64,000 bases of DNA from assembly GCA_000092065.1 (NCBI GenBank), contig CP000592.1. The stretch is one strand, 5' to 3'. Source of the stretch: Ostreococcus lucimarinus. Taxonomy: Eukaryota. The notes under the pieces were generated by a model that was not told the DNA's origin, searched no databases, and saw nothing but the letters and a program-made list of their open reading frames with translations. This document shows, in pieces, positions 22,313 through 33,391 of this stretch. The position numbers and the translations under genes are program-made. Each line of letters starts with the position of its first letter. The first letter of the stretch is position 1.

Positions 22313-23434
22313 TCACGTGCGACCGCCGAATCGACGGTCGCGCTTGGCGTAGGCGTATAACGCCCGGCGCAGTTCTGCTTCGCCGAACTCGGGCCAAAAC
22401 ATTTGCGCAAAGTACAGTTCGGTGTACGCGAGGTCCCAGAGGAGAAAGTTGCTCAGGCGCTGCTCGCCGCTCGTGCGAATCAATAAATCCGGCGCCTGCG
22501 CGAAATCGATCTCGTTCGTCGCCGCGCGTGCGTCGTATGTCGATAAATGCGCGCTCAGTGCCGCTTCGTCGATGTCCTCGGCGCGCATCTCCCCGTCCGC
22601 AACCTTTTGCGCGAGCGTCTTGGCGGCTTGCACGATGTCCTGCCGACCGCCGTAACTCAACGCCACCACCAGACGCAACGAATCGTTATCCTTCGTCGCC
22701 TCCATCGCTCGCGTCACCGCACTGCGCACGCCCTCGTTCACTTTACTCAAATCCCCGATGACTTCCACGCGCACGCCTTCCTTGACGAGCAACGGCAACT
22801 CCTCTCGCATCGCCGTCTCCACGAGCGCCATGAGCTCTTCAATTTCCGCTTGGTTCCGCCCCCAGTTCTCCTGACTGAACGCAAACACCGTCAGTGTGCT
22901 TATGCCCCAAGCCACGCAGCATTTCACCACCCCCCGCAGCGCGTTCACGCCGCGTTCGTGTCCAATCGTCCGCGGCAATCGCCGCCGTTCCGCCCACCGC
23001 GAGTTCCCATCCATGATGATCGCCACGTGTCTCGGCACCTGATCCCTCGCCAAGTCCCGCAGCGCGCTCGGTTTACTGTCCCATCTCGACACCGCCCCTC
23101 GCGGCAGGTTCAGAATCCCGGGAAATCCGAGCAAACCGGGGAATCGTCCTCCCGGCGTCGCGTTCGCCGTCGTCGCCGTCCCGTTCGCCGCGCGTCGGCC
23201 CTCGACGCCGTCGTCCTCGTCGCTCGACGCCTCATCCGCGGTCGACGCCGCGATCGCATCGTTCGCGGGCGCGCCGTCGGCGTCGTCTCGCCACGACGAC
23301 GCCCGCGCGCGCGAAGAGAAGGCGCGAAACGAATTCGTTGGATGAATTCGCGGTCGATCGCACGGTCGCCGCGCCGCGCGACGCGCGCGCGGCGCGGTTC
23401 GCGGCGCGCTCGACGCGCTCGCGCGCGCGCGCAT
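22313..23434 (-). CDS. cis-Prenyltransferase (undecaprenyl / dehydrodolichyl diphosphate synthase family), plastid-type with a presequence.
   Basis: HVAIIMDGNSRWA (catalytic Asp), RTIGHERG, LTVFAFSQENW...R and the C-terminal LSYGGRQDIV motif are all diagnostic of UPPS/DHDDS. Confidence 0.85.
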   Translation of the reverse strand: MRARASASSAPRTAPRARRAARRPCDRPRIHPTNSFRAFSSRARASSWRDDADGAPANDAIAASTADEASSDEDDGVEGRRAANGTATTANATPGGRFPGLLGFPGILNLPRGAVSRWDSKPSALRDLARDQVPRHVAIIMDGNSRWAERRRLPRTIGHERGVNALRGVVKCCVAWGISTLTVFAFSQENWGRNQAEIEELMALVETAMREELPLLVKEGVRVEVIGDLSKVNEGVRSAVTRAMEATKDNDSLRLVVALSYGGRQDIVQAAKTLAQKVADGEMRAEDIDEAALSAHLSTYDARAATNEIDFAQAPDLLIRTSGEQRLSNFLLWDLAYTELYFAQMFWPEFGEAELRRALYAYAKRDRRFGGRT

Positions 23435-23590
23435 CGACGCCGGCGACGACGGCGGCGGGACGCGACGCGCGGGAGTCTCGCAGTGCGGACGGCGTCGGCG
23501 CGGCGCGTCGACGACGAGCGAGCGCGCGCGAGCGCGGAATCGACGACGACGCGCGACGAACGAGCGTCGAGATGTGAAGATGATGACGAT

Positions 23591-25126
23591 TCACGCGCGA
23601 TCGAATAGGATTAAGTGCTCGGTGCGAGCCTGGTTGTACACCCTGCCCTCCTCCGTGGTGGTCGTGAGCTTCATCGTGCAGCCGGCGACTTCGCGCAGGG
23701 CGAATTTGGCGGCGGCGGCGACGATGGAGGCGCGAGTGTCGATGTTTGCGCCGTCGCCGACCATGATCGCGGCGCGACCGCGAGGGGTGAGCGAATCGGC
23801 GACGACGGCGAGCCATTCCTCTTGTTCGCGCTGCCAGACGTCCTTGAAGGCGTAAGGATCGGAACGGAGCGCGCGCCGAGAACCTATTTCGCCCTCCGTC
23901 CAACCGGCGGGCCAATTTCTGTCTCCCGGAACGACGGTGTTGACGTACGAGGACGTCGGACCGGATCGCGCCGAGAACGACGCGGATGATGGCACGACCG
24001 CACCGCTCCCAGCGCGCACCTTGCGCGCGAACGACAAGTAATCGTACACCGCCGGGTACGGACACGACGTCAACACGGCGTCGACTTTGTCCTCCGCCGA
24101 AAGCTTGAATTTCCTGACGTCGACGTTGTGAATCGACGCGGGCGGCGCGGGCGCACCCGCATGTTTCGCACATTCCTCTCGAAACTGCTCCAAACGATTC
24201 GCGTATTCCTCGACAGTTTTAAGAAACGTCTCCGCATTGACGCGCGAGGCGTCGTCGCCGCCGCCGCCGCGTTTTCCCTTACTCTTACCCTTATGCCGAC
24301 GCTTGTTTTGAGACTTTTGCGTCCTTTGCAGCGCGACTGACATGCAAAACCACAACCCCTCGGCGACGCGCGGCGCACCGACGAACGCATCGCTCGCCAA
24401 GTATTCCCTCAACGCGTCCCGAACCGCCCGCCAAGATCTCGGGACGTCGCTCGCGTCCTCATCGTTCGCTCCGTCTTTCTCCTCCCTCGTCCCCGCTCGA
24501 TCCGTCACCGTCCGCGCGCTTTCGAGCATCACTTCCACCTCCTCCTCGCTCGCGCGCCAATTTCTATTCGCGCTCACGAAGCACGCCAACGGCGACACGT
24601 CCGCGCCGACGGCGCGCCACCCGAGCGTCTGCGCGCACACCAGCGTCGTCCCTCCACCCGCGAACGGATCCAGCACGCTCCGCGTCTCCGTCGCCTCGAA
24701 GCACTCTCGCATTATCAAATCGCACGCCGCGGGCTGCATGCCCGCCAGAATCTCCCCGAATCCGTGCGTGCACCGCGCGAACCCGCTCGGCGCGCTCGCG
24801 TAGCCGTGCGTCCACTGCACGCGCATCGCCCGCAGGCACGACTCCGCGAGCGCGGCGTCGCCGAACGCGCGCTCGGTGAAGACATCGCTCGGCGTCGACG
24901 CGCGCTCGAGGTACTCGAGCTCGCGCTCGCGCGCGGCGTCGCTCGAGCGCGCGGCGGCGGTTCGAGTCCCGACGCCGCGTCGCGCGCGTCGCGCCGCGCT
25001 CGAGCGACGCGACGCGTCGCGCGCGTCGCGACGCGTCGAGATCACCGCGCGCGAGGTCGCGCGCGCGACGCGCGCCATCGGGCGCGTCGCGAGGCGGCGC
25101 GAAGTGCCGACCGCCGGCGCCGTCAC
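23591..25126 (-). CDS. Putative N6-adenine/N2-guanine-type nucleic-acid methyltransferase (UPF0020/Trm11-like Rossmann methyltransferase) without a recognisable THUMP domain.
   Basis: AdoMet motif I VLDPFAGGGTTLVCAQTLGWRAVGADVSP sits about 240 aa upstream of a degenerate motif IV TSCPYPAVYDY, equivalent to (D/N/S)PPY. A Lys-rich linker and an Arg-rich N-terminus are present. Confidence 0.55.
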   Translation of the reverse strand: MTAPAVGTSRRLATRPMARVARATSRAVISTRRDARDASRRSSAARRARRGVGTRTAAARSSDAARERELEYLERASTPSDVFTERAFGDAALAESCLRAMRVQWTHGYASAPSGFARCTHGFGEILAGMQPAACDLIMRECFEATETRSVLDPFAGGGTTLVCAQTLGWRAVGADVSPLACFVSANRNWRASEEEVEVMLESARTVTDRAGTREEKDGANDEDASDVPRSWRAVRDALREYLASDAFVGAPRVAEGLWFCMSVALQRTQKSQNKRRHKGKSKGKRGGGGDDASRVNAETFLKTVEEYANRLEQFREECAKHAGAPAPPASIHNVDVRKFKLSAEDKVDAVLTSCPYPAVYDYLSFARKVRAGSGAVVPSSASFSARSGPTSSYVNTVVPGDRNWPAGWTEGEIGSRRALRSDPYAFKDVWQREQEEWLAVVADSLTPRGRAAIMVGDGANIDTRASIVAAAAKFALREVAGCTMKLTTTTEEGRVYNQARTEHLILFDRA

Positions 25127-25159
25127 TTTTCGTCACTTTTCCGCGCGGTTTTCGGCGGC

Positions 25160-26119
25160 ATGCGCCGTCGCGGCGCGTCGACGGCGGCGCGCGGCGCCGC
25201 GGTCGGGTTCATCGGAATGGGCATCATGGGCGCCGCGATGTCGCGCGCGCTCGCGCGCGCGGGCGCGCGCGTGGTGGCGTGGAATCGGTCGCGGGACAAG
25301 GCGGAGGCGACGCGCGCGGCGTTCGAGCGCGACGACGCCGAGGCGATGCGCGCGAACGGAGGGGCGATCGACGTCGTGGACGCCGTGGCGGACGTCGCGG
25401 CGCGGTGCGAGGTGACGTTCGCGATGCTGGCGGATCCGCGAGCGGCGCTGGAGGTGGCGAGGGCGTACGCGGCGGCGAGCGGGACGCGGGACGGAGACGC
25501 GAGGACGTACGTCGATTGTTCCACCGTCGACGGCGCGTGCGGAGAGGCGACGCGAGAGATTTTGGGAGAAAACGTGCGGTTCTTAGCCGCGCCGGTGTCT
25601 GGGGGGTGGCGCGACGCGGCGAAAGGGGAGCTTTTGTTCCTGGGAGGCGGCGACGCGCGGGCGTACGAAGACGGCGCGCGGTTCATGGACGTCATGGGCG
25701 CGAAGCGTTGGCTCGTCGGTGACAGCCCGACGCACGCGGCGAGGGCGAAATTGATGTTGCAAATCATGATGGGGAACGTCGTCGGCGCGCTCGGGGAGAT
25801 GCACGCGCTGAGCGAACGCGCGGGGTTGGACTCGAACGCTATTTTGGAAATGCTGTCGCACAGCGCGATGGGATCGCCGCTCACGACGGCCAAGGGTAAG
25901 CTCATGGCCGATCGGAACTTTGCCCCGAATTTCCAGGTGTATCTACAACAGAAAGACCTACGTCTAGCGTTGAACTTGGCGGATGAGCTTGATTTCGCCG
26001 CGCCGATCACGGCGGCGACGAACGCGCAATATCTCAAGGCGAAATCGCTCGGGCACGCCAACAGCGATTTCGCCGCCGTCGCCGCGGCGTACACGGGCGA
26101 AAAGCCCGATTCGAGTTGA
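25160..26119 (+). CDS. Beta-hydroxyacid dehydrogenase family protein (3-hydroxyisobutyrate dehydrogenase / glyoxylate-succinic semialdehyde reductase-like).
   Basis: N-terminal dinucleotide fold VGFIGMGIMGAAMSRALARAGARVVAWNRS and a 6PGD-like C-terminal helical domain. I chose the internal ATG at 25160, because the longer ORF from 24764 overlaps the upstream gene. Confidence 0.75.
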   Translation: MRRRGASTAARGAAVGFIGMGIMGAAMSRALARAGARVVAWNRSRDKAEATRAAFERDDAEAMRANGGAIDVVDAVADVAARCEVTFAMLADPRAALEVARAYAAASGTRDGDARTYVDCSTVDGACGEATREILGENVRFLAAPVSGGWRDAAKGELLFLGGGDARAYEDGARFMDVMGAKRWLVGDSPTHAARAKLMLQIMMGNVVGALGEMHALSERAGLDSNAILEMLSHSAMGSPLTTAKGKLMADRNFAPNFQVYLQQKDLRLALNLADELDFAAPITAATNAQYLKAKSLGHANSDFAAVAAAYTGEKPDSS

Positions 26120-26212
26120 CGCGTGTAAAGCGCGAAAGAAGCCGAAAGCACGCGATGGACGCGCTGTCGTCGTCACCATTAATCCCCACGAGTTGTATTG
26201 CGAACGATTTGA

Positions 26213-27034
26213 TTGACGCTCGTCGCTCGTCGCTCGCCGCTCGCCGCCGCCGCCTCAGACGACGCCGCGTCCGGCATGCCGCCCACCGCGCGCGAGTGGC
26301 GCCACTTCACCGCATCCAGCGACGGCACGCGCATCGAATGTCTCATCACCGATTTCCCGCGCGCCGAGGACGAGAAGCGCGCGCGCGAGGACTGGTTTAT
26401 TCTCGTCCACGCCCATCCAAAGCTCGGTGGTTGTCGACAGATGATGCTCCCGCTCGCGCGTTCTCTCGCCGCTCGCGGGCACGGCTCGGTGTGCGTCGCG
26501 CTGCGCGGTACTTCTGAGTCCCTGGGCTCGAGCACGTGGCGAGGGAGCGAGGCGGAGGGAGAGGACGTGCTCGCGGCGTGCGCGCTCGCGGCGAACGGGA
26601 CGCTCGCGGGCGCGAACGCGAACGCGCGATGTCATTTGGTCGGATATTCGTACGGTGGGACGATATGCGGGTACGCGCTGAAGAGGAAACATCCGAACGT
26701 GGCGTCGTACATCGCGATCGGGTACCCGCGAGGGTCGTACGGGTGTGGATTGTACGGAGTCGGGGCGAAGTGGTTGATGCGAGACCACTTCGACGCGCTC
26801 GCGGAGAGCGAGACGCCGAAATTGTTCATTCATCCCGAACGCGACGAGTTTACGACGGTGAAGACGATGGAAACGCTCGTAGAGGAGAAGCTCGAGCGTG
26901 GAGTGAGGGAACTGCGAGTGTTAAAGGGGGCGGATCACTTTTCCGCCGCGACGGACGCGCGCGTCGTCGAGCAGACGGTGGATTGGATCTTAGAGTTTGT
27001 GGCGCGTTGTGCGCGACGGGAGGATTCTTCTTAG
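26213..27034 (+). CDS. Alpha/beta-hydrolase fold protein (esterase / dienelactone-hydrolase-like).
   Basis: Nucleophile elbow HLVGYSYGGTICGYA (G-x-S-x-G) and a downstream His region (KGADHF). 273 aa. The start may be the internal Met. Confidence 0.5.
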   Translation: MTLVARRSPLAAAASDDAASGMPPTAREWRHFTASSDGTRIECLITDFPRAEDEKRAREDWFILVHAHPKLGGCRQMMLPLARSLAARGHGSVCVALRGTSESLGSSTWRGSEAEGEDVLAACALAANGTLAGANANARCHLVGYSYGGTICGYALKRKHPNVASYIAIGYPRGSYGCGLYGVGAKWLMRDHFDALAESETPKLFIHPERDEFTTVKTMETLVEEKLERGVRELRVLKGADHFSAATDARVVEQTVDWILEFVARCARREDSS

Positions 27035-27098
27035 AAATAGACATAGCATTTCAATAGTCAAGAGTTAGCAAGGCATCTATATATAAGGTACAGTAGCT

Positions 27099-29381
27099 CT
27101 ACTTGGCGACGAGGATAACGCTCGCGCGCGGCGCGACGTTATATCGCGACTCGACGCCAAATTTGCCCTCCGCGATGAAGTCTTCGGGCGATGGCAAGTT
27201 TGTGTCCACGACTCTCGCCCAACGCTTACCGTGAGGTGGCGCAGGTAGCGCGGCGTCGACGTAGAATTCGTGCGCGTTGAAGGCGATGTATGTATCGCCG
27301 AAACCTTGCCCGCGGTCGTGCAACGTAAACGCCAAAAACTTTGACGACGGATCGTCCCATCGATCTTCGTGCCACGTGACGTCATCGTCGTTCAAGAAGT
27401 CTTCGCGACCGAGCAAAGGGTTCGCAAGTCGGAACTTGATCATCTCGGACGAAAATCGAAAGTAGTGCGCTTTTTGCTTTTCGAGTTCGTTCCACTGAAA
27501 GTTGTTCAACTTGTCGTCGTGGCCGTACGTGTTATTATTCCCGTACCGTGTGTGACCGTACTCATCGCCCATCACCATCATGGGCGTCCCTTGAGAGATC
27601 ATCAGCGCCACTTGAAAGTTTTTCATCTGACGCCAGCGAAGTCCTCGCACCGCCTTGTCGCCAGTTTCGCCCTCGTGTCCGCAGTTCCAAGACAAGTTGT
27701 CGTTCGAGCCGTCGTTGTTTGATTCCCCGTTTGCCATGTTGTGCTTACCGTTGTAGCTGACCAGATCGTGAAGCGTGAACCCATCGTGCGCGGTGATAAA
27801 GTTGACCGAGTGGTATGGCTTGCGTTTGTTCGTGTGGTACATGTCGGCAGAGCCGCTGATGCGTCTCGCAAAGTCGCTCTTGACGCCCTCGTCGCCCTTT
27901 ATGAAGCGCCGCAACACGTCGCGATAGGCGCCGTTCCATTCAGACCAGCGGTCCCAGTTGGGGAAACTACCGACTTGGTACAGTCCGCCGCAATCCCAAG
28001 GCTCGGCGATGAGCTTGACGTGCGAAAGTTCGGGATCCTTCGCGATGGCTCGAATCACCGGAGGCGAGTTCATGGGATGTCCCTTCTCGTCCCGGCACAG
28101 CGCGCTGGCGAGATCGAAACGGAAGCCGTCGACGTGATATTCTCGCACCCAGTGTTTCAGCGAATCGACGATGAACTTGGAAACGTACGGATGGTTCGCA
28201 TTCAGCGTGTTGCCGCACCCCGTAAAGTTTAACATTTGCACGTACTTTGACGTGTCCGTCATGTAATACGTCTTGTTGTCGATTCCACGCATAGAACACA
28301 GGTTCGGCAACTCGTCGTTCATCTCTCCCGTGTGATTGTACACGACGTCGAGAATGACTTGGATCCCGGCCGCGTGTAACGCTTTCACCATCTCCTTGAA
28401 CTCTCGAGACGCTCGCGCCGCGGACGCGCCCTTTGTGCCGAACCGCGACATCGGCGCGAAGAAACTCATCGTACTGTAACCCCACGTGTTTATCATGTGA
28501 TCGCGCGGGTTCGGAATGCGTTGAAACTCCATCTCGTCGTATTCGAACACCGGCAAGAGCTCGACGACGTTGACGCCGAGCGCTTTCAAGTGATCCACCC
28601 TGGCGGCGACGCCCGCGTACGAACCTCTCGTCTTCTCATCCAACCCCGAGCTCGCATCCGCGGTGAACGCGCGCACCGTCATTTCATAAACGATCATATC
28701 TTTCTCTTCGATCTTCGGCGATTCCACGCCCGCCCAATCGAACGGCTCGGATTCGAAATCGTACCCGCTCAACATGTCGGGATCGTTGACGTCGCCGTGC
28801 GTCGCGTGTTTCGGCCCTTCCCCGAAAACCTTCCTTCGCGCCTCCACGAGCGGCGCGTACGGATCCATCATCACCCGATCCTCGTACCATCGCGCGCCCG
28901 TCTCCCACCCCCCCGCGCCCTTGCATCGATACCCGTACCTCGCCCCTCGTCTCGGCGCCCCGCGCTCGACGCGCGCGTGCCACACGTTCCCCGTCCTCGT
29001 CATCGGCACCTCCCACCGCGGCGTCGCCTCGCTCCAATCATCGCTCTCATCGTACACGCACAGGCTCACCTCGCTCGCGCTCTCGCTGTACGTCGCGAAG
29101 TTTATCCCTCCCGACGTCGTCGCCGTCGGTCCCAGCGGCGCCGGTTCGCCGCTCGAAATCTCCAATCCATCCGTCCTCGTCCCTCTCGCCGTCGCCGTCG
29201 CCCTCGCGCGCGCGCCGTCCGGTCTCGACGCGCGCGCGCCGCCCATCGCGCGTCGCGCGTCGCGCGCGCGCGTCGTCGCGCGCCGTCGTCGCGCGCGCGA
29301 TGCCGTCCCGACGCGATTCAAATCGCTTCGCGCGACGCGCGCGCCGCCGTCGCGCGTCGCGCGCGCCGCGCCGGGGCGCAT
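27099..29381 (-). CDS. ISA: Isoamylase-type starch debranching enzyme (GH13), plastid-targeted.
   Basis: CBM48-like N-domain, then the GH13 catalytic regions [21 protein letters not shown] and [10 protein letters not shown]. Arg-rich presequence. 760 aa. Confidence 0.9.
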   Translation of the reverse strand: MRPGAARATRDGGARVARSDLNRVGTASRARRRRATTRARDARRAMGGARASRPDGARARATATARGTRTDGLEISSGEPAPLGPTATTSGGINFATYSESASEVSLCVYDESDDWSEATPRWEVPMTRTGNVWHARVERGAPRRGARYGYRCKGAGGWETGARWYEDRVMMDPYAPLVEARRKVFGEGPKHATHGDVNDPDMLSGYDFESEPFDWAGVESPKIEEKDMIVYEMTVRAFTADASSGLDEKTRGSYAGVAARVDHLKALGVNVVELLPVFEYDEMEFQRIPNPRDHMINTWGYSTMSFFAPMSRFGTKGASAARASREFKEMVKALHAAGIQVILDVVYNHTGEMNDELPNLCSMRGIDNKTYYMTDTSKYVQMLNFTGCGNTLNANHPYVSKFIVDSLKHWVREYHVDGFRFDLASALCRDEKGHPMNSPPVIRAIAKDPELSHVKLIAEPWDCGGLYQVGSFPNWDRWSEWNGAYRDVLRRFIKGDEGVKSDFARRISGSADMYHTNKRKPYHSVNFITAHDGFTLHDLVSYNGKHNMANGESNNDGSNDNLSWNCGHEGETGDKAVRGLRWRQMKNFQVALMISQGTPMMVMGDEYGHTRYGNNNTYGHDDKLNNFQWNELEKQKAHYFRFSSEMIKFRLANPLLGREDFLNDDDVTWHEDRWDDPSSKFLAFTLHDRGQGFGDTYIAFNAHEFYVDAALPAPPHGKRWARVVDTNLPSPEDFIAEGKFGVESRYNVAPRASVILVAK

Positions 29382-29756
29382 GCGTTCGCGCCGCGCCGCG
29401 CGTCGCGCGCGCGACGATCGCGCGGCGCGCGTCGACGAGCGCGGACGACGACGACGACGACCGCGGCGTCAAAAAGCGACGCGGGATGGCGGACGCGACG
29501 ACGACGGCGACGACGGCGACGGCGACGGCGGGCGCGAGCGCGGGCGTGCCCGGGGCCAAGGTGCGCGCGACGGCGCGACGCGCGCGCGAGGAAAACCGAC
29601 GACGCGACGCGCGCGATCGCGTTGACTCGCGGGACGAACGTCCGGTCGACGTCGAAACGACGAACGACGACGACGCGCGCGCGCGAGCGCGCGAGAGACT
29701 GACGTGCGACGCGTCGGACGCATACGCGATAGTTCATCGAGGACGTCGCGGCGCAC

Positions 29757-30233
29757 GTGGGCGAGCGCGCGATCGATGAGGTCATGGAGGAGATGCGCGC
29801 GCGGTACGGACGATACAAACGCCTCGAGGCGGAGCTGCAGCAGGCGCGGATACGACTCTCGACGCAGCTGCCGGACGTGCGGCGATCGCTCGAGGCCGTG
29901 GAGACGCTGTGTGAGAAGCGCGATCGCGGCGACGCGAGCGGGACGACGGTGAAGTATCAGTTGACCGAGGCGACGTTCGCGGAGGCGACGGTGGAGACGC
30001 CGGAGAGCGCGTACCTGTGGCTCGGGGCGAACGTGATGCTGGAGTACACGCTGGACGAGGCGAAGGAACTGTTGGAGACGAACGTGACGGCGTGCGAGAG
30101 CGGGCTGGAGGCGAACGCGAGGGATTTGGCGGTTTTGAAGGACAACGCGACAATCATGGAGGTGAACATGGCGCGCGTGTATAATTTCGACGTCAAGCGC
30201 CAGCGCGAGCGCGAGGCGGCGGCGGCGAAGTGA
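29757..30233 (+). CDS. PFD3: Prefoldin subunit 3 (VBP1-like, alpha-class prefoldin).
   Basis: Two coiled-coil arms flank the beta hairpin (TVKYQLTEATFAEATVETPESAYLWLGANVMLEY), which is the characteristic PFD3 layout. 158 aa. A short 5' exon is possible. Confidence 0.7.
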   Translation: MGERAIDEVMEEMRARYGRYKRLEAELQQARIRLSTQLPDVRRSLEAVETLCEKRDRGDASGTTVKYQLTEATFAEATVETPESAYLWLGANVMLEYTLDEAKELLETNVTACESGLEANARDLAVLKDNATIMEVNMARVYNFDVKRQREREAAAAK

Positions 30234-31183
30234 GCGTCGCGTCGACCGCTCGAACCGCAACACGGATTAGGACGCTTAGAATGAATGAGAGAGCGATTCG
30301 CGCCCACCGCGCCGCGCCCGCCGCGCCGTCCCGCACGCCTCGCCGCGCCCGCCGCGCCGTCCCGCACACCTCTCCGCGCATGCGCGCCGTCGCGCGCGCG
30401 CCCGCCGCCCTCGTCGCGCGCGAGCGACGCGCGACGATTCGTTCGAACCGCGCGCGTCGCGACGCGCGCGTCGACGCGACGAATGAGAGAGAAAACGCGA
30501 CGTCATCGCCCATCACCCGACGCGGCATCATCAACGCCGCGTCGCTCGCCCTGGCCGCGCCGCTCGCGATCGACGCCGCGCACGACCTCGGTTTCATCAC
30601 CGGTGACGAGGATTTACCCGCGGATTTACCCGCGGTCGGCGCGAACGAGGCCGTGGCCGTGTTCGCGGGAGGATGCTTTTGGTGCATGACGGCGCCGTTC
30701 GAGACGCTCGACGGCGTGCGCGCGGTGACGAGCGGGTTCATCGGTGGCGACGTGGCGCGTCCTCGATATCGCGACGTGGGATCGGGAAAGACTGGTCACG
30801 TCGAAAGCGTGAGAGTGGTGTACGACGCGGCGAAGACGAGTTATGAAAAGTTGTTGAGCGTTTACTGGCGTCAAATAGACGCGACGAGAGACGACGGGCA
30901 GTTCGTGGACGCGGGCAAACAATATCGCCCGGTTATCTGGGCGATGGACGACGCGCAGAAGCGGGCGGCGGAGAAGTCAAAGGAAGAGCTCGAACGGGCG
31001 AACGTGTTCGGGGCGCCGATTAAAGTTGAAGTCGTGGACGCGAGCGGGATGACTTTTTGGCCGGCGGAGCGATACCATCAAGATTATTATTTGAAGAACC
31101 CGAATAGATATCGGTTCTATCGCGCGGTGTCCGGGCGAGACGAGTACATCGCATCGGTTTGGGGCATCGAGCGGTCGTCGTGA
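30230..31183 (+). CDS. msrA: Peptide methionine sulfoxide reductase MsrA, with an N-terminal targeting extension.
   Basis: Active-site motif AVFAGGCFWCMTAPFE and the conserved downstream HVESVRVVYD...YHQDYYLKNP. The true start is probably an internal Met, because the ORF overlaps the prefoldin stop. Confidence 0.85.
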   Translation: MSVASTARTATRIRTLRMNERAIRAHRAAPAAPSRTPRRARRAVPHTSPRMRAVARAPAALVARERRATIRSNRARRDARVDATNERENATSSPITRRGIINAASLALAAPLAIDAAHDLGFITGDEDLPADLPAVGANEAVAVFAGGCFWCMTAPFETLDGVRAVTSGFIGGDVARPRYRDVGSGKTGHVESVRVVYDAAKTSYEKLLSVYWRQIDATRDDGQFVDAGKQYRPVIWAMDDAQKRAAEKSKEELERANVFGAPIKVEVVDASGMTFWPAERYHQDYYLKNPNRYRFYRAVSGRDEYIASVWGIERSS

Positions 31184-31546
31184 GTGAGTGTTTGCGGGTC
31201 AATCGCTCGATGTCCGAACGCGGGCGTCGCGCGGTTTGGAGGACGCGCGTGAGATCCTCAGAAGTTAGTTAATGTGAGTAGTTTTATCGTTGTAGTCGTT
31301 ATGTGCCGGAATCGCTGACGGATGATCGATCAGAAAGCGAGGCGAACGAAGAGCGCGGGTGAGGGAGACGACTCGAAGGCGCGTAAAGGGAACCACGAAG
31401 TGCACATACGTATGTGGTTCAATAACACGCCAAAGTCATCTCTCGTATCATCTCGCGCGTTCGTTCGCTACTAAACAATGTGATCCGATCGGGTTCTCCG
31501 CCTTCCGATTTCCAGCTGTAAATCAATTCGTTCGCCCGTTATTTAT

Positions 31547-31786
31547 TTAATACGGTCTCGATCCGAATGGGTTTCCGCCGCCACTGCCGCCGCCACCAGC
31601 CCAGCCGCCGCCGCCGCCGCCGCCGTAGCCGCCGCCACCGCCGCCGCCGTAGCCGCCGCCTCGTTGCGGGCCACCGTAGCCGCCGCCTCCCCCGTAGCCG
31701 CCACCACCACCGCCGTAGCCGCCGCCGCCGCCGCCGTAGCCGCCGCCGCCGCCGCCGTAGCCGCCGCCGCCGCCGCCGTAGCCGCC

Positions 31787-31821
<35 letters not shown>

Positions 31822-33391
31822 CGCGACGACCACCACCACCGCGACGACCGCCCTTGGGGCGACCGAACCCGGCAGAACGCGCCATCTCTTCAATTTCCGG
31901 CGACACGATTTGGTTCGCGTCGCGAAGAATGGGGATGAGCTTGCGAGCCATGTTGCCTTCGCCGCCGTCGATGAACGAGAACGCCCAGCCCTTTTTGCCG
32001 GCGCGACCAGTACGACCGATACGGTGGACATAGTCTTCGATTTGGTTGGGGAAATCGTAATTAATGACCAAGTTGCAGTCCTTGACGTCCAACCCACGCG
32101 CGGCGACATCAGTGGCGACGAGCACGGGCGTTCGACCTTGGCGAAACTGGTTCAAGATCCAGTCGCGCTCGCGCTGTTCCTTGTCGCCGTGAATGATCCC
32201 GGCCAAGTTACCGACGGATCGACCGAGTTGGTCGCACATACGCTTGGTGGAGCAGAAAACGAGCGCCTTGAGAGGATCGCAACCTTCGGGCGGGTTATTT
32301 AAAATCTCCATCAGGCGCTTCTCCTTCTCGAACCCGGAGCAAACTTCGATGGTTTGCGTGATGTCCTTGTTCGCGACGAGCTGGTCGGTGTCGCCGATGT
32401 TGACTTGAATCGGGTTGGTCAAGATGGCGGTCGCGACGCGAATCACCGCCTTGGGCCACGTCGCGGTGAAAAACAGCGTTTGGCGGTCCACCGGGACGTG
32501 TTGAAGAATCTTGCGAATTTGCGGCTCGAAACCCATGTCGAGCATGCGATCGGCCTCGTCGAGCACGACGTACGTCGCGGAAGACATGTCCACCATGCGG
32601 CTTTCCAACAAATCGTTCAAGCGACCCGGGGTGGCGATGCAGATTTGCGGACGGTTGCGCAACTGCTGCAGCTGACGCCCCTTGGGCGCGCCCCCGTACA
32701 AGCACACCGACCCGACGCCGCACGAAGAGCCAAACTTCATGCATTCCTCTTGAATTTGCGTCGCGAGTTCGCGCGTCGGCGCGAGCGCCAACATCATCGG
32801 CCCTCGCGCGTTGCGCCCATTACCGCGTTCGGCGATGTGCATCAAACCCGGGAACAAGAACGCCACCGTCTTCCCGCTCCCCGTCTTCGCCACGGAGATC
32901 ATATCGTACCCTTGCAACGCGATCGGCCACGACTGCGATTGAATCGCCGTCGGCTCGGTGTATCCCGCGCGCTTCACCGCGTCCAACAACGGCTTCGGCC
33001 ACGGTCCCGCGTCAAAGTTCATCATCGGATCGGGCACCGTCAGCCCCGGCGGCGCTCGCACGCTAATCTCGTGCCTCTTTCGAAAATCATTCCCACTCTC
33101 CGTCGCGCCGTACCCCAAATCCTTCAGCTCCAGTCCTTTCCCTCGACTGTACGCGTCAGGCGGCGGCGCGTTGTACTCCTCCGCACCGTACGAATCATCC
33201 GCGCCCAAGTGCGTGAACGACGCCCCGGAGTGCCCGAGATATCCAAACTTATTCTCCGCCTTCGTCGTCTCTGTCGGGCGATCGTACGTCGTCACGTTCG
33301 TCGCCATGTGCCAATAATACACCTTCCCCTCCGCGTGCACCTCCTGCCATCCCGCGGGCAATCCCACGGACGACACCGTTCCCTGCACCAT
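31547..33391 (-). CDS. DEAD-box ATP-dependent RNA helicase (DDX5/DDX17 or plant RH-type) with an N-terminal WW domain and a C-terminal Gly-rich tail.
   Basis: WW domain LPAGWQEVHAEGKVYYWHMATNVTTYDRP. Q-motif, Walker A AKTGSGKT, DEAD box VLDEADRMLDMGF, SAT, HRIGRTGR, and a (GGGGGY)n tail encoded by tandem 15-nt repeats. The four antisense plus-strand ORFs at 31567-32408 are artefacts. Confidence 0.9.
31590..31860. repeat. Coding minisatellite: ~15-nt unit (GCCGCCGCCGCCGTA)n on the plus strand, encoding (GGGGGY)n in the DEAD-box helicase tail.
   Basis: At least 7 near-perfect tandem units are visible. They are the source of the multiple spurious antisense ORFs. Confidence 0.85.

Noticed and set aside
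28497-29702. Plus-strand ORFs (28497..29702 and 28774..29625) opposite the isoamylase gene.
   Set aside because: They are the antisense of a strongly conserved GH13 isoamylase, with low-complexity Arg/Pro translation.
31567-32408. Plus-strand ORFs encoding poly-Arg/Ser/His and poly-Ala peptides.
   Set aside because: They are antisense reading of the (GGGGGY)n minisatellite and the helicase C-terminal domain. Their extreme homopolymeric composition is not plausible as protein.
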